Below, piece after piece: positions 28,575 through 39,700 of a DNA stretch of 52,063 nucleotides. Below the pieces are notes generated by a model, which saw only the letters and a program-made list of their open reading frames with translations, had not been told where the DNA came from and made no database searches. Origin of the DNA: an uncultured bacterium (GTDB lineage Bacteria; CAYUVA01); assembly GCA_964448115.1 (NCBI GenBank), contig CAYUVA010000035.1, forward strand, positions 1-52,063, read 5' to 3'. Every line of letters starts with the position of its first letter. Within the stretch, counting starts at the first letter, position 1. A program made the position numbers and the translations under genes.

Positions 28575-28834
28575 TTTAATCTTGGTTTAATAACCTCAAT
28601 CACTACATAATAATTTAATACTATTTTCTTTTTTTGTCAAGCATTTTTAATACTTTCAATAGATGACAAATTGAGTTTGGCTAAATGACCTTTATAACCT
28701 ATTGATTTCATGTACTTATTTGAGTATCTAGCCCCATAGACAAGTTGTTTTTCATTTTGAAAAAGGGGATACATTATACTAAGATACAAGCCGAATGATA
28801 ACGATCTTACCTTTACCAGTTAGGCTTTATTATT

Positions 28835-29464
28835 ATGACGAAAAAGGATGACGAATGGTACGAGTATCTTAATATCAGTCTTGGCGAGATATATAAGGAG
28901 GTATTCGTCCTTAGCAATCTTTCAACCGATGAGATCGAGTACCTCCAGGAGGTCATCTCCCCGGCAGAGATCATCAAAGGGGATTTTATCTATCGCAAAG
29001 GCGAACCGGCGACCAGGATGCTGATCATCTACTCCGGTTCGGTGGATGTTCTGCTCGATGAAAGAAGCGGTCCCCTGATTTCGACCTTGCGGCGCGGTGA
29101 TACCATCGGCGAGCTTAGCCTGCTAAACAGATACGAATATCATGTCAATTACCGAGCCGGCGAGGATGTGCTAGCCTTCTCTTTAGAGCGTGGCGTGTTT
29201 CAGTCCCTTTATCACGAGGCGCTTAACATCTGGTCTAAGATCAGCTTCAACCTGGCTCGTTTAGCTCAAAACAAGCTGCAGGACAGCATCGAGTCCCAGG
29301 AGAGGATCTTCGCAACCATAGAGAGCTTCAAGGAGATGATAACAAATAATAAAGTCAAGAAACTGCGCATCAACGAGGTGATGCAGTTTCTAAACGGCTT
29401 AAGCTCCTATCGGGTGGAGACCGGCTTTACAAGCGCAAGGGAAAGGCAGCGATGGAAGGCTTAA
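28835..29464 (+). CDS. Cyclic nucleotide-binding domain protein
   Basis: KGDFIYRKGE, IYSGSVDV, LRRGDTIGELSLL; no clear Crp HTH. Confidence 0.8.
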   Translation: MTKKDDEWYEYLNISLGEIYKEVFVLSNLSTDEIEYLQEVISPAEIIKGDFIYRKGEPATRMLIIYSGSVDVLLDERSGPLISTLRRGDTIGELSLLNRYEYHVNYRAGEDVLAFSLERGVFQSLYHEALNIWSKISFNLARLAQNKLQDSIESQERIFATIESFKEMITNNKVKKLRINEVMQFLNGLSSYRVETGFTSARERQRWKA

Positions 29465-30465
29465 TGGATGGTAAGGTTCTGGTGACCGGTGGCGCCGGGC
29501 TGATCGGCTCAAACCTATGCAGGGCGCTAATAAAAAGGGGATACACGGTCAGTTGCATCGATAACCTCAGCTTCGGCAACATGTATAACCTCGAAGATCT
29601 CCTTGATAATCCAAGGTTTACCTTCATTCATGCTGATGTGCGCGATGAAGAAAAGCTATGCCGGGCGGCAGAGGATGCCTACGGGATATTTCACCTGGCA
29701 GCCCTGAAGATACCTATTTTAGAGCTAAAGCGCTGCGATGTCATAAAAGCCAACCTGCTTGGGACCTTCAGTGTCCTCGAGGTAGCAAAGGATATAGGCG
29801 CCAAGGTAATATTCGCATCCACCTCCGATGTTTACGGAAAAAGCCTTGACATGCCCTTTCGAGAAGATGGAGACCTAACCCTGGGATCCCCGACAGTTCC
29901 CCGCTGGGCTTACGCTGCCAGTAAGATGGTCGATGAGCATTTATGCATGGGATACTACCAGGACCATGGAGTACCGGTTGTTATCCTGCGTTACTTCAAT
30001 GTTTACGGACCGGGTCACGACTTGTCTCCCCTGAGCGGCGGTCCCCAGGCGCTATTCATCGATGCCATCCTAAATAATCGGGGGATCACCATCTATGGAG
30101 ACGGTAACCAGAGCAGGGCATTTTGCTATATCGATGATGCGGTTGAGGCTACCATCGCAAGCTATGAAGTTCCAGAGGCGGTGGGAGAGATCTTCAACAT
30201 CGGCAACGACAAGGGAGTTATTAGCATCAAAGATCTGGCAAAGCTCATCTATGAGATCATCGATCCCGCTTGTATTCCTAACATCAAATACATCTCGCAC
30301 CAACAAGCCTTTGGCACCTATGAGGAGGTGCTGCAAAGGAAGCCGGATCTGTCCAAAGCAAGGCAAATCCTCGGTTATGAACCTTGCATTTCCAATACAG
30401 AGGGCTTGCAGCGAACCGTAGAATGGCACAAGAGGCTGATGGGCTTGAAAAGTACAGATGGATAA
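29452..30465 (+). CDS. NAD-dependent nucleotide-sugar epimerase/dehydratase (extended SDR)
   Basis: VLVTGGAGLIGS, FHLAA, ASTSDVYG, YAASK, LRYFNVYGP, GDGNQSRAF. Confidence 0.92.
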   Translation: MEGLMDGKVLVTGGAGLIGSNLCRALIKRGYTVSCIDNLSFGNMYNLEDLLDNPRFTFIHADVRDEEKLCRAAEDAYGIFHLAALKIPILELKRCDVIKANLLGTFSVLEVAKDIGAKVIFASTSDVYGKSLDMPFREDGDLTLGSPTVPRWAYAASKMVDEHLCMGYYQDHGVPVVILRYFNVYGPGHDLSPLSGGPQALFIDAILNNRGITIYGDGNQSRAFCYIDDAVEATIASYEVPEAVGEIFNIGNDKGVISIKDLAKLIYEIIDPACIPNIKYISHQQAFGTYEEVLQRKPDLSKARQILGYEPCISNTEGLQRTVEWHKRLMGLKSTDG

Positions 30466-30525
30466 CTAATAATTAAATCCCTAACAAGATCGGGACATGC
30501 AATAGTAAGAATATAGAGGGCATCG

Positions 30526-32535
30526 ATGAACAAGGAAGAGCTGATCGCCAAGCTGAAAAGTGGCGTCGATCTGAAGAACATCCAGCTTGAGAACCTGGAT
30601 CTCGGGGGAATCAACCTTAAGGGGATCAAGCTCAAGAACAGCGTGCTAAAGAATATCCGCTTCGATGATGCCAACCTGCAGGAGGCGGATCTCAGGAGCG
30701 TTACCTTTACCAATTGCTCCTTCGTGCGCACCAATCTACGATCGGCGACCCTGCGCGGTTCGGTGTCCAATGGCTGTAATTTCACGCTAGCGATCTTCGA
30801 TCACGGATTCTTGGAAAACACGACCTTTAGCAACTGCATCCTGGCAAAGTCTAGCTTTCAATCATGCGATCTCTCCGGCGCTAGTTTCCCCGGCAGCACC
30901 TGTGATGATGTAAACTTTAACAAGGCTAACCTGTTCGGCACTGTCCTAAAGGATGGCACTTTTGACAAGGCGAACTTCATCGGTTCCCGGTTGGAGAAAG
31001 CCGATTTTGCAAAGTCGAGGGTAAGAAACGCCATATTCACTGGAATGGATTTGCGCAAGGCTAACCTTAATTTCGCTGATTTTACCGATACCGACTTTAC
31101 CGGTGCCAATCTCGAGGGGATGAATCTCATGGGATCCGTCTTCTACGGCGCCAATTTCTCCAAGGCTAAAATGCGCAGGGTAACCTTGAGAAGCGCTGAC
31201 CTGGAGACCGCCAAGTTCAGGGCTTCCGACCTTAGCGAGGCAAACCTGGAGAAGGCAAAGATGAGCCATGCCTACATGATGGATGCAAAACTTATCAAGA
31301 CCAATTTGACCAGTGCTAACCTTTACAAGGCTTATTTATATGGCGCTTATCTCGAGGAGGTCATCCTGGATGATACCAACCTTGAGGAGGCGGATCTGCA
31401 GGCTTCAACCCTGAAGAATATCAAGTGCAACAACACCAACCTCAAGGGGACTAACTTCGAGAAGACCAAGATGATGAAGGTCGGCTTGACCGGCGCTAGA
31501 AACCTGTTCTTGACACGCTGGCCTGAAAAAGGAGTCGAGAAGCTCAATCATCCTAAGCTGAGTGAGAGCATCCGCGAGGACTTTGCCAGGTATCTTGCTG
31601 ATAGACAGGAGGGTTATCGCCAGGATACGACCGGCGCCGCGGCTAGGGAGACCCTCGAGGAGCTGAAGAATATCTATATCCGCATAGGGCTTATCATCCC
31701 TCTTGGCATGTATGCAAAGGCGCTAAACGACCTGGCAAAGTTCGTCCTCGACCTGAGAAAGACATTTGATGAGTTCGATGAACATCAGGAGATAGCTCAG
31801 CTCAATGCTTTATTTGTAGATATCAAGGAGCTATACGAGGGCATCACCGACAAGGAGCTGGTCTTCGATGAGCTGAAGGTCAGTCAAGATGACAAGCTGG
31901 AGTTCCAGACCAGCCTCGATTCCATGCAGATGCTCGACTTCATCGACCTTGTCAGCCTATTCCAGGAAGCCTATACCAGCAGCCTGTCCAAGCAGAAGGA
32001 CAGCTTCGAGGTGAACCTTTCATCCCTATTCTATGCTCCGATGCAGGTATCATTGCTCGCCGAGGAGGGCATGGGGCTGGTCATGAGCGGAAATGCAAAG
32101 GGACTGGTCTCCATTGCTCTGGTGATGCTCGATGGTATGAAGATCCTGGCTGCCAATGAGGTGAGCAAGGTGGAGAAGATAATAAAGGGATTCGCCAGTC
32201 GAAGCAGCAAGTCTGAGAGCACCGCCGAGCGCATGAAACAGCTCGATGCGATGGAGAGAGAAGCCCTGAGTATGGCTAATCAGAAGCACAAGATGTTGAG
32301 ATCGCTGCTTCGAAACATCCAGGATGCAAAGAAGAACTTGAAGAACAAGCCCTTGGAGCTGAAGATCGCCGATGAGAAGTTCCTTATGGATATCGATAAC
32401 TTTGCGCAGCAAGCAAGTACACGGAAGCTAGCCGAGAAGTACGCTGAGCTTAAGGTGGGCAATCGCATCCGGCTATCATTGCGCGGGGTCCTCATCTTCG
32501 AGCTAATCACCGAGATCATAAATGCGCCTGCCTAG
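30526..32535 (+). CDS. Pentapeptide-repeat protein with an unassigned helical C-terminal half
   Basis: About 320 aa of A(N/D)L/Fxx repeats, then ~340 aa rich in Leu/Glu/Lys with no recognised motif. Confidence 0.88.
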   Translation: MNKEELIAKLKSGVDLKNIQLENLDLGGINLKGIKLKNSVLKNIRFDDANLQEADLRSVTFTNCSFVRTNLRSATLRGSVSNGCNFTLAIFDHGFLENTTFSNCILAKSSFQSCDLSGASFPGSTCDDVNFNKANLFGTVLKDGTFDKANFIGSRLEKADFAKSRVRNAIFTGMDLRKANLNFADFTDTDFTGANLEGMNLMGSVFYGANFSKAKMRRVTLRSADLETAKFRASDLSEANLEKAKMSHAYMMDAKLIKTNLTSANLYKAYLYGAYLEEVILDDTNLEEADLQASTLKNIKCNNTNLKGTNFEKTKMMKVGLTGARNLFLTRWPEKGVEKLNHPKLSESIREDFARYLADRQEGYRQDTTGAAARETLEELKNIYIRIGLIIPLGMYAKALNDLAKFVLDLRKTFDEFDEHQEIAQLNALFVDIKELYEGITDKELVFDELKVSQDDKLEFQTSLDSMQMLDFIDLVSLFQEAYTSSLSKQKDSFEVNLSSLFYAPMQVSLLAEEGMGLVMSGNAKGLVSIALVMLDGMKILAANEVSKVEKIIKGFASRSSKSESTAERMKQLDAMEREALSMANQKHKMLRSLLRNIQDAKKNLKNKPLELKIADEKFLMDIDNFAQQASTRKLAEKYAELKVGNRIRLSLRGVLIFELITEIINAPA

Positions 32536-32607
32536 TAACCCTTGCATGACCATTGCACACAGAGACAACATCGGTTGCCTGACCGGCACAACCATTGACT
32601 GCGCTGC

Positions 32608-33384
32608 ATGATATACTGCCTTATACCTGTATATAACGAGGAGCTTGGCATCGGGTGCCTGCTCGATGACCTTTATGGGTACCTGCAAGCCCTGGTGGAT
32701 GACTTCAAGATGGTGGTGGTCAATGATGGCAGCAAAGACCGCTCTTTTGAGATCATCGAGGCATTCCCCCATAAAGAGCATCTTGTTTACCTTGAGCATA
32801 AGACGAACCTGGGGGTGGATAGCGCCTTCAAGACCGGGTTCGACTATATCCTATCCAGGGCAAAACCGGATGATATCTGCATCACTTTGGAGGGCGATGG
32901 AACCAGCGATATTAGGCTTATATATCCGATGATAGAAAAACTGAGAGGCTCTGGAACCGATGTATGCCTGGCTTCCTGTTATGCCAAGAAGGGAGCTGTG
33001 GTTGGCGACCCTCCATCTCGATATATCTTCAGCGTTGGCGCTAATATTCTCTTGAAACTGCTGTTTGATATCAAAGGAGTGCACACCTACACATCGTTTT
33101 ATCGCGCCTTTTATGTGAGGGTCATCCATCAACTGATCGACCATTATGGCAACAGGTTCATGGATACCCCTGGATTCACTTGCATGGCTGATATGCTGAT
33201 CAAGATGCGACATCTACCGATAACTGTAGTCGAGATCCCGCTGATACTGAAGACGACCAGGGAGACCTCGCAAAGCAAACTGAAGGTCGGAAAGACCATA
33301 GTCGGCTACTTTGTACTTTTCTATAGGAACCTGCTGCATAGGTTTTACTATGGCAAGAAGCTCAAAAAGCAGAAGAAAGGCTAG
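32608..33384 (+). CDS. GT2 glycosyltransferase, DPM1/polyprenol-phosphate sugar synthase-like
   Basis: IPVYNEE, VVNDGSKD, NLGVDSAFKTG, TLEGDG, YTSFYRAF. Confidence 0.88.
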   Translation: MIYCLIPVYNEELGIGCLLDDLYGYLQALVDDFKMVVVNDGSKDRSFEIIEAFPHKEHLVYLEHKTNLGVDSAFKTGFDYILSRAKPDDICITLEGDGTSDIRLIYPMIEKLRGSGTDVCLASCYAKKGAVVGDPPSRYIFSVGANILLKLLFDIKGVHTYTSFYRAFYVRVIHQLIDHYGNRFMDTPGFTCMADMLIKMRHLPITVVEIPLILKTTRETSQSKLKVGKTIVGYFVLFYRNLLHRFYYGKKLKKQKKG

Positions 33385-35365
33385 GCGACTCGAACAACAG
33401 GCTCCCAAGGTTACCTACCCCAAGTATATTCTAGGCTTGGTCATCTTCATTATCCTTCTGCAAAGCTATTTATTCATAGCCGCTCCCTTTGTCTATTGGG
33501 GCGATGATGGCGAGTTTCTCTTTGCAGCTCATTATCTGGATCTCTCTCATCCACCTGGGCATCCGCTTTATCTTCTCATCCTAAAGGGTGCTTTATACCT
33601 GCCCTTTGGAAGCATGGCGCTGCGAGGCAATTACCTGTCTGGGGTCTTGTGTGCGGCTGCCTGTCTGGTGCTATACTTTGCTTTATTCTCATTCTTTCAA
33701 AAGCATTTCAGGGGTTACGAGGCGTATATATGGTCGCCCTTAGGCGCCATTCTCTATGGTATGACCCTGTTTATCCTGCCCCAGACATATCGCAGCGAGA
33801 CTTATGCGCTGAGCTACCTCATGATAACCGTGCTTTTGTGCTTGATACTATGCTTAGCAAAGGAAAATGCCACCAGGAGCCTTTGCCTCATCGGTCTAGT
33901 CTTTGGATTGGGATTCGGCAATCATACGCTATCCATGGCAGTTTTCATGCCTGGATTGTTATTTATGATCATATATTCGATTTTCAAGTATAATCTGGGC
34001 ACAAGGCGGGTTTTTGTGGCTTTATTCATGGTGATCTTGGGAGCATCGGTTTATCTGTATCTGCCGATAAGAGGCTCGAAGCCGGTGTTCTTAAACTGGG
34101 GTGAGCCTACCAATCCGCGCAACCTGGTCGAGACGATCAGTGCTTCATATTACATGAATCAGGTCTTTGAGCAAAACTCAAAGGGTAGTATCTACGCCAA
34201 CCTGAAACGCCTAGTTCATCCATTGACCTACTTCTCGTTGTTTCTCGCCTTATGCTCGGTGGTTTACCTGGGAAAGGATCACTGGCAAAAGCTTGTGGTG
34301 TTTGTCTCCGCGGCGCTCATCGACCTGTTGCTCGTGAGCAAGACTGCCATATTCGATATGTCTAACCCAGACATTCTCGGTTATCTTCTACCCTTTGGCG
34401 CCGTATTCGGTATGTCTGCTGCCATCGGCGGCGGGTATTTCATGTACTACTTGACCAAGGAGGTCGGCGAGGCTCTGGGCATTATTACATTTATTTTCTT
34501 CATTGGCTTTTCGCCGTACTCGATAATTGCCGATGGTCTGGGGAATATCAAAAGTGCCAACCACCGCAAGGATGCATCGGCGTTTTATTTCGCTGATATA
34601 ATTCTTGAAAACCTGGCACCATCGCCGTTGGTGCTTACCCAGAGCGATATCTACTACACCCTGTTATATAGAGCCTTTGTCGAAAAGGCTAGAGATGATG
34701 CGATCCTAGTATCTCGCAATGGATTAAAGCGACATGGCTATCTCAAGAACCTGGTAGCGCGAGATCCTGAAATGAAGCCGATATTTGCCGCCCCTGACCT
34801 AAAGGCAGTGGTTAGAAACCTTGAGAAGCTATACAATAAGCCCTGGTACTGGGAGATCGGAGAGGACAGCTTCCTCATCGAGTTAGATGACTTCATACCG
34901 GGCAGCTTCCTGCTTCGATATATTAGTCATCCCCCAAAGCCGTTATACGATCAGGCACTGGCTGAATATGTGGATCTGAGCAGGTACTACGATGAGCTGA
35001 TGCGAGATACCGAGGCTTACGATGATTTTCACTATCGGGAGCTATATGGCATGACCAGGTATAATTTGGGCACCTATTTCTACAAAGTCCAGGATTACAA
35101 TGCAGCGGTCAGGGAGTTCTCCAATGCAGAGGATATTAACCCCGATAATCCTAGCGTATATGTGAATCTAGGCGCTGCCTATGCTGCGCTCGATCAATGC
35201 CCCAAGGTGGTGGTGTTATTGGAGCAGGGACACAGAAGGCATCCGCGCAATGAAAAGATAATCCTCAATTTAATCGCATGTTACGAAAGAATGGGGCAGG
35301 AATACCTGGTGCAGAAGTGGAGCAAGACCCTAGCGGAAGTTCAAAGTGGGAATGTTGTTAAGTGA
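33350..35365 (+). CDS. DUF2723/TMEM260-like GT-C membrane glycosyltransferase with C-terminal TPRs
   Basis: YWGDDGEF...HPPGHPLY, ETYAL, GLGFGNH, YLYLPIRG...NWGEP; TPR YNLGTYFY...VYVNLGAAY. ATG 33350 overlaps the GT2 gene. Confidence 0.85.
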   Translation: MARSSKSRRKARRLEQQAPKVTYPKYILGLVIFIILLQSYLFIAAPFVYWGDDGEFLFAAHYLDLSHPPGHPLYLLILKGALYLPFGSMALRGNYLSGVLCAAACLVLYFALFSFFQKHFRGYEAYIWSPLGAILYGMTLFILPQTYRSETYALSYLMITVLLCLILCLAKENATRSLCLIGLVFGLGFGNHTLSMAVFMPGLLFMIIYSIFKYNLGTRRVFVALFMVILGASVYLYLPIRGSKPVFLNWGEPTNPRNLVETISASYYMNQVFEQNSKGSIYANLKRLVHPLTYFSLFLALCSVVYLGKDHWQKLVVFVSAALIDLLLVSKTAIFDMSNPDILGYLLPFGAVFGMSAAIGGGYFMYYLTKEVGEALGIITFIFFIGFSPYSIIADGLGNIKSANHRKDASAFYFADIILENLAPSPLVLTQSDIYYTLLYRAFVEKARDDAILVSRNGLKRHGYLKNLVARDPEMKPIFAAPDLKAVVRNLEKLYNKPWYWEIGEDSFLIELDDFIPGSFLLRYISHPPKPLYDQALAEYVDLSRYYDELMRDTEAYDDFHYRELYGMTRYNLGTYFYKVQDYNAAVREFSNAEDINPDNPSVYVNLGAAYAALDQCPKVVVLLEQGHRRHPRNEKIILNLIACYERMGQEYLVQKWSKTLAEVQSGNVVK

Positions 35366-35391
35366 TCAGGAACATCGGAATCAGGACAATC

Positions 35392-36642
35392 CTATGCTTT
35401 AGAACCTTCGCGCACGCTGACTATGCTGATAATAATATATAGAGTTACCGAGCCTATGCCATAAGAGGCGACGGTGCCAATGGCTGCGCCAAGAAATCCA
35501 TAACATGGGATCAAAGCCAAGTCGATGGCTATCTTGCTTGCCAGCACTAAAAAGGAACTTATCGGGATCAGGTATTGCTTACCGATGCTGATGAGCGTGG
35601 TCGATATCAAAAAATTCCAGAACAAAAATACTACCGACCAGCAGATGATGCGCAGGGCATCAGCCGCCATGAGATATTGAGCCCCGGAAACCAGCAGGAT
35701 TATCCACTCCGATAGCAGATAAAGTACCACTGCTATGACCAGGCCGGCAAAACTCAATGCCAGGAATACCCGCTTGAAGATGTATCCAAGTCGCCTGGGA
35801 TCAGATAAATGCATCCGCGAGAATACAGGAAATAGCGCGCCAACAAATGCCAATGGCAGTACCTGAAGGTTCATCACCAGTACATGGGGCAGGTTGAACA
35901 GCGCTACCTCGGTCGAATCCTTCAACGCCTTTAGTAAAAAAACATCTGCCTTGAAGGCTGCGTGAGTGAAAAAGGCTGCCAGGGTTAGCGGCGCAGCATC
36001 TTTAAGGATAGCTTTAGCCATGCCAATATTAAAGGACAGATCCGGCTTGCAGAATCTCTTAAGTGTAAAAATTAGTGCCAGCGTTCCCTTAAGTACCGAA
36101 CCGGCTGCTATGGCGATGAACAGGGCGATGAAGCCGGCATCGGTAATAAAAACGATAATAATGGCTGCTATTATGGTTGTTCGTGAGGCTGCGGTTAGCA
36201 ACGTATCGTACTCCATGCGCTGAAAGGCGTTGAATATGCCATTGAAGGTCATGAAGTGGTGCTGGAAAAGCTCGGAGAATACGGCAACGACAACGGCAAT
36301 CATCATGGCGCGATCCAGTGTAAAAAATGGCGCTATTCCAAGCGCAAGCCCTATGAATACAAGCATCAATGCCCACTTGATCCAAAGGACGCTGCCAAGT
36401 ATGCTCGAAGCCTTTTGTGGCTGCTGAGCCACATTGCGGATGATGATCTTATCAGTCTCAAAGTTGACCGCCGGCTGGAAGACCAGGATATAAGCCCATA
36501 TCCAGGCGAAGTCGCCGTAGCGCTCCGGCGCCAGGTACCGGGTAACCAGCGCCACCTGTCCGAAGGAGAAGAGGATGTCTATAACCCGTGCAGCTAGGAT
36601 TACCGCCGAGTTCTTGGCTACGATACGCCTGGTGCTGGACAT
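35392..36642 (-). CDS. Wzx-type polysaccharide/oligosaccharide flippase
   Basis: IVAKNS, VTRYLAPERYG, ADVFLL, ALFPVFSR, LIPCYGFLGAAIGT; many TM helices. Confidence 0.9.
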   Translation of the reverse strand: MSSTRRIVAKNSAVILAARVIDILFSFGQVALVTRYLAPERYGDFAWIWAYILVFQPAVNFETDKIIIRNVAQQPQKASSILGSVLWIKWALMLVFIGLALGIAPFFTLDRAMMIAVVVAVFSELFQHHFMTFNGIFNAFQRMEYDTLLTAASRTTIIAAIIIVFITDAGFIALFIAIAAGSVLKGTLALIFTLKRFCKPDLSFNIGMAKAILKDAAPLTLAAFFTHAAFKADVFLLKALKDSTEVALFNLPHVLVMNLQVLPLAFVGALFPVFSRMHLSDPRRLGYIFKRVFLALSFAGLVIAVVLYLLSEWIILLVSGAQYLMAADALRIICWSVVFLFWNFLISTTLISIGKQYLIPISSFLVLASKIAIDLALIPCYGFLGAAIGTVASYGIGSVTLYIIISIVSVREGSKA

Positions 36643-36715
36643 TAGAGCACTATTGGTTCTTTCCTTAACTTCCTATTATTGCAAGAGTATCTTTGGAATT
36701 CGATATCCCCTTGCA

Positions 36716-39700
36716 TCAGTCTCCAACATTAAGATAGGGGAACAAGGTGCTGCTGTTATCGCGTCTGTCGAATGCCTTTACCTCAAGTAGGATGCTGGTT
36801 TGTGGCAGCCCGGCATCAAGGTTGAGTACATATCCATAAAGCCCGTCCCCGGCTACTCCATCGCCGTTAGCGCCGGTATCGCTTAGCCAAATGCCGGTCG
36901 GTAATCCCTGGTAGCAGAGTTCCACCCGCTGAATGTCGAAGATTCCCTGTGGATCGCTTACATAAGCGAGGATCTGCAAGGTTCCGCCGCTGTCCGAGTG
37001 CAGGCTGGTGGTTGCGTAGCCGCCGAGAAACACCATGGGAGGATCGCCCTGTGGTGGCTGGGTCGGAGTGCTAGTAGGGGTACTGGTGATTGCCGGCGTA
37101 TCGGTTGCTGTAGGTGTGTATGTGATAACAGATGTATCTGTCGGCGTAGGCGTGAATGTTGTGGTTGGCGTCCTTGTCGGCGTGGGTGTCGGTGTGGGAG
37201 GTTCGCCGCCGGCGCCCCCGATCCAACTGAGTATATTCACTGCCACCTTGCGCCGATAATTCTCATCGAGCTTCATGTAGTTTGCGCTGAGGAATGCAAA
37301 GGTTCCACCATTGTACATGTCTCCATCGTTGTCGCTGATGATGAGCGAGTAGTTATCGGCATCGCTCCAGCCGAAGATCCCCTGGGCGATACCTGCTTTT
37401 ATAATGTCATCGGAGTCGGATTGGCTTGAGTAAACCAAGGGAATATAGCTCGGCAATTGATGGGGCACTCGCGCCAGAACATGCGTATTGTCAAAGATGT
37501 GCAGATCACCCTTGGGCGAACCTGTTGAGCTGTCCGTGCGAAGCACTACCTGCGAGAAGAGCTGGTGCTCGGTGTCGTGAGCGCTGGCAACCTCTCCGCC
37601 TTCGATAACCAGTTTGCCGCCGGAGTTGACATAAGCGATGAGTTGCTGGCGATGGGCATCTAGATCGATCGGATTCGAGTTATCGCTGCTCGACCAGATC
37701 ACCAGGTCGTAGGTCTCATCGGTGAGGTTTACGCCATCTTCAGTATTTTGGACCGCGATCTCATAGCGCAGATCCTGTAGCATCTGGTACAGATCATCAA
37801 AAGAGGAGGATCCATCATTGACCAGAAGCACGCTTCCCATATCGCCCACCGTAAGGTATATAGGCTCGATGGTTGCGCTACCCATATCGCTTGTCCAATT
37901 AAGGCTGAACGCACAGATATGACCATCGGGTGTCTGCTCAGAAGCGCTTAGGGAAAAGTGCGGAGCTATGGAATGGCTGTTTTGTCCGTAGTCTGCCGGA
38001 CCGAAGTTCGCTGTATCATCGGTTATAGTAATGAATTGATCGCAGGTCTGAAGCACCCCGCTTATGCCCTGTAGATCGCTGCCTTCATTATGCAGCACTA
38101 TCGACAGGGTCGCCTCCTCCCCAGCCTCCATGATGCCATTGCCATTACCCTGGCTGCTGTCATTCAAGGTAAAGGAAAGTAATTCTAATTGAGGTGAATA
38201 TACTGTGATCTCAAAGTCGAAGAGTCCGCTTTCCTCGCCTGATTGCCAGTTCAGCCTAAAGCTAGCCTGGTGGAGGTTCGGTGTATCGTCTGCGACAGTG
38301 AGTGCGAAGTGGGGAGGCTGTGTGCTGCCTGCCTGACCGCCTGGGATATCACCGAAGTCAGCCTCGCCATTTGTTATTGTGATATATTCGCTCTGCGTGC
38401 TCAAGGTAGCGCTCACTGCTTGGGCATCAGCGCCGGAATTGGACAGGGTAACCGATAGCTCAATCTGCTCTGAGCGATCTGCCTTGCCGTTCTCATTGCC
38501 ACCGCTATCGTTTATCTCGTATCCCTCGAAGTGCAAAAACGGCACATCGCAGGGCGAGGAGTGAAACACCTTCACATCATCTATATTCCAGCCGCAGAAG
38601 GTTAAGCCGCCATCCGAGGTGCCCATGACCCATTGTAAAAAGACGGTTGGTTTATTATCGGCGATGCTTGAAATGTCGAACTCCTGGTAGAGCCACTGCG
38701 AGTCGCTCAGAGTCTCGCTGTTCTCCCAGAGCGTGGTCCAGGCAAAGCCATTGGTCGAGATCTTAAAATAAGCATGGTCATAGATGGACTCCTCGACACC
38801 CAGCCATCTCCAAAAGCCGACCCGCAAGCCTGTCTTGCCGCTGCAATCTATAGCCCGTGTAGTGAGCTTCTCCTGCCCCATGTTGTTGGGATAGTTGCCC
38901 TGAAGGTTGTAGCCATAGACATTGGTTCCGGTATAGCCGTTGTCTGGGTCAGGGTTCTGTCCCGAACCTCTTTGACCAGTCGGATCCCCGTAAGCCCACT
39001 TCATGAATCCACTGCCACCGACCACGGTCCAATCGGGATCGCTATCCATGTTAGCCTGCATTAGTACCGACTGTAGCCAGGTGGTGAAGTTGAAGTGATC
39101 CCCCTGGTTGTCATCTATCGCCTCGTTGCCGGCAAAGTCGGTGGAGCTGACCGAGAAGTAATACTTGGTGCAACCATCTAAATTGGGGATGGTGATACTG
39201 TGATCGGTGGTAAGGAATCCGCTCTGGACGCTATGACCGAGTTGGTGAGTGGTGCCATAGTAAACCTTGGAGTTGCTTGGCTCATCGGTTGTCCAGGTAA
39301 TTGTCGCCTTGTTGTAGCTTACAGCGCTGACATTTACATTGGATATTATTGGCTGCTGGGCATCGAGGTAAGCATAGGCGAACTTGTGGACATTTATTCC
39401 GCCCCTGCCATCATCCTCGTCCAGGTAATCGGCGGTCAGCTTATCGCCATGGGCAGCCTGAAGTATGCCATCCCCTGGCTGCACGCTGGTATCGGCGATC
39501 TGAATATTGCCCACGAGGGTTGCGGTGCCGAAGCCGGTCTCATGACAGGTAACCGTCTCGTTGTCTCCAGCATCGCTAGTTACCGTGATATCGACCGTAT
39601 CTATCTGCCCCGGATACTGGTTCAGGTCGCGGTCGATAACCGTGATAGCCATCGAGCTTCCCGGCGCGTAGATACTTTTGTCCATCGATATGATTCCATC

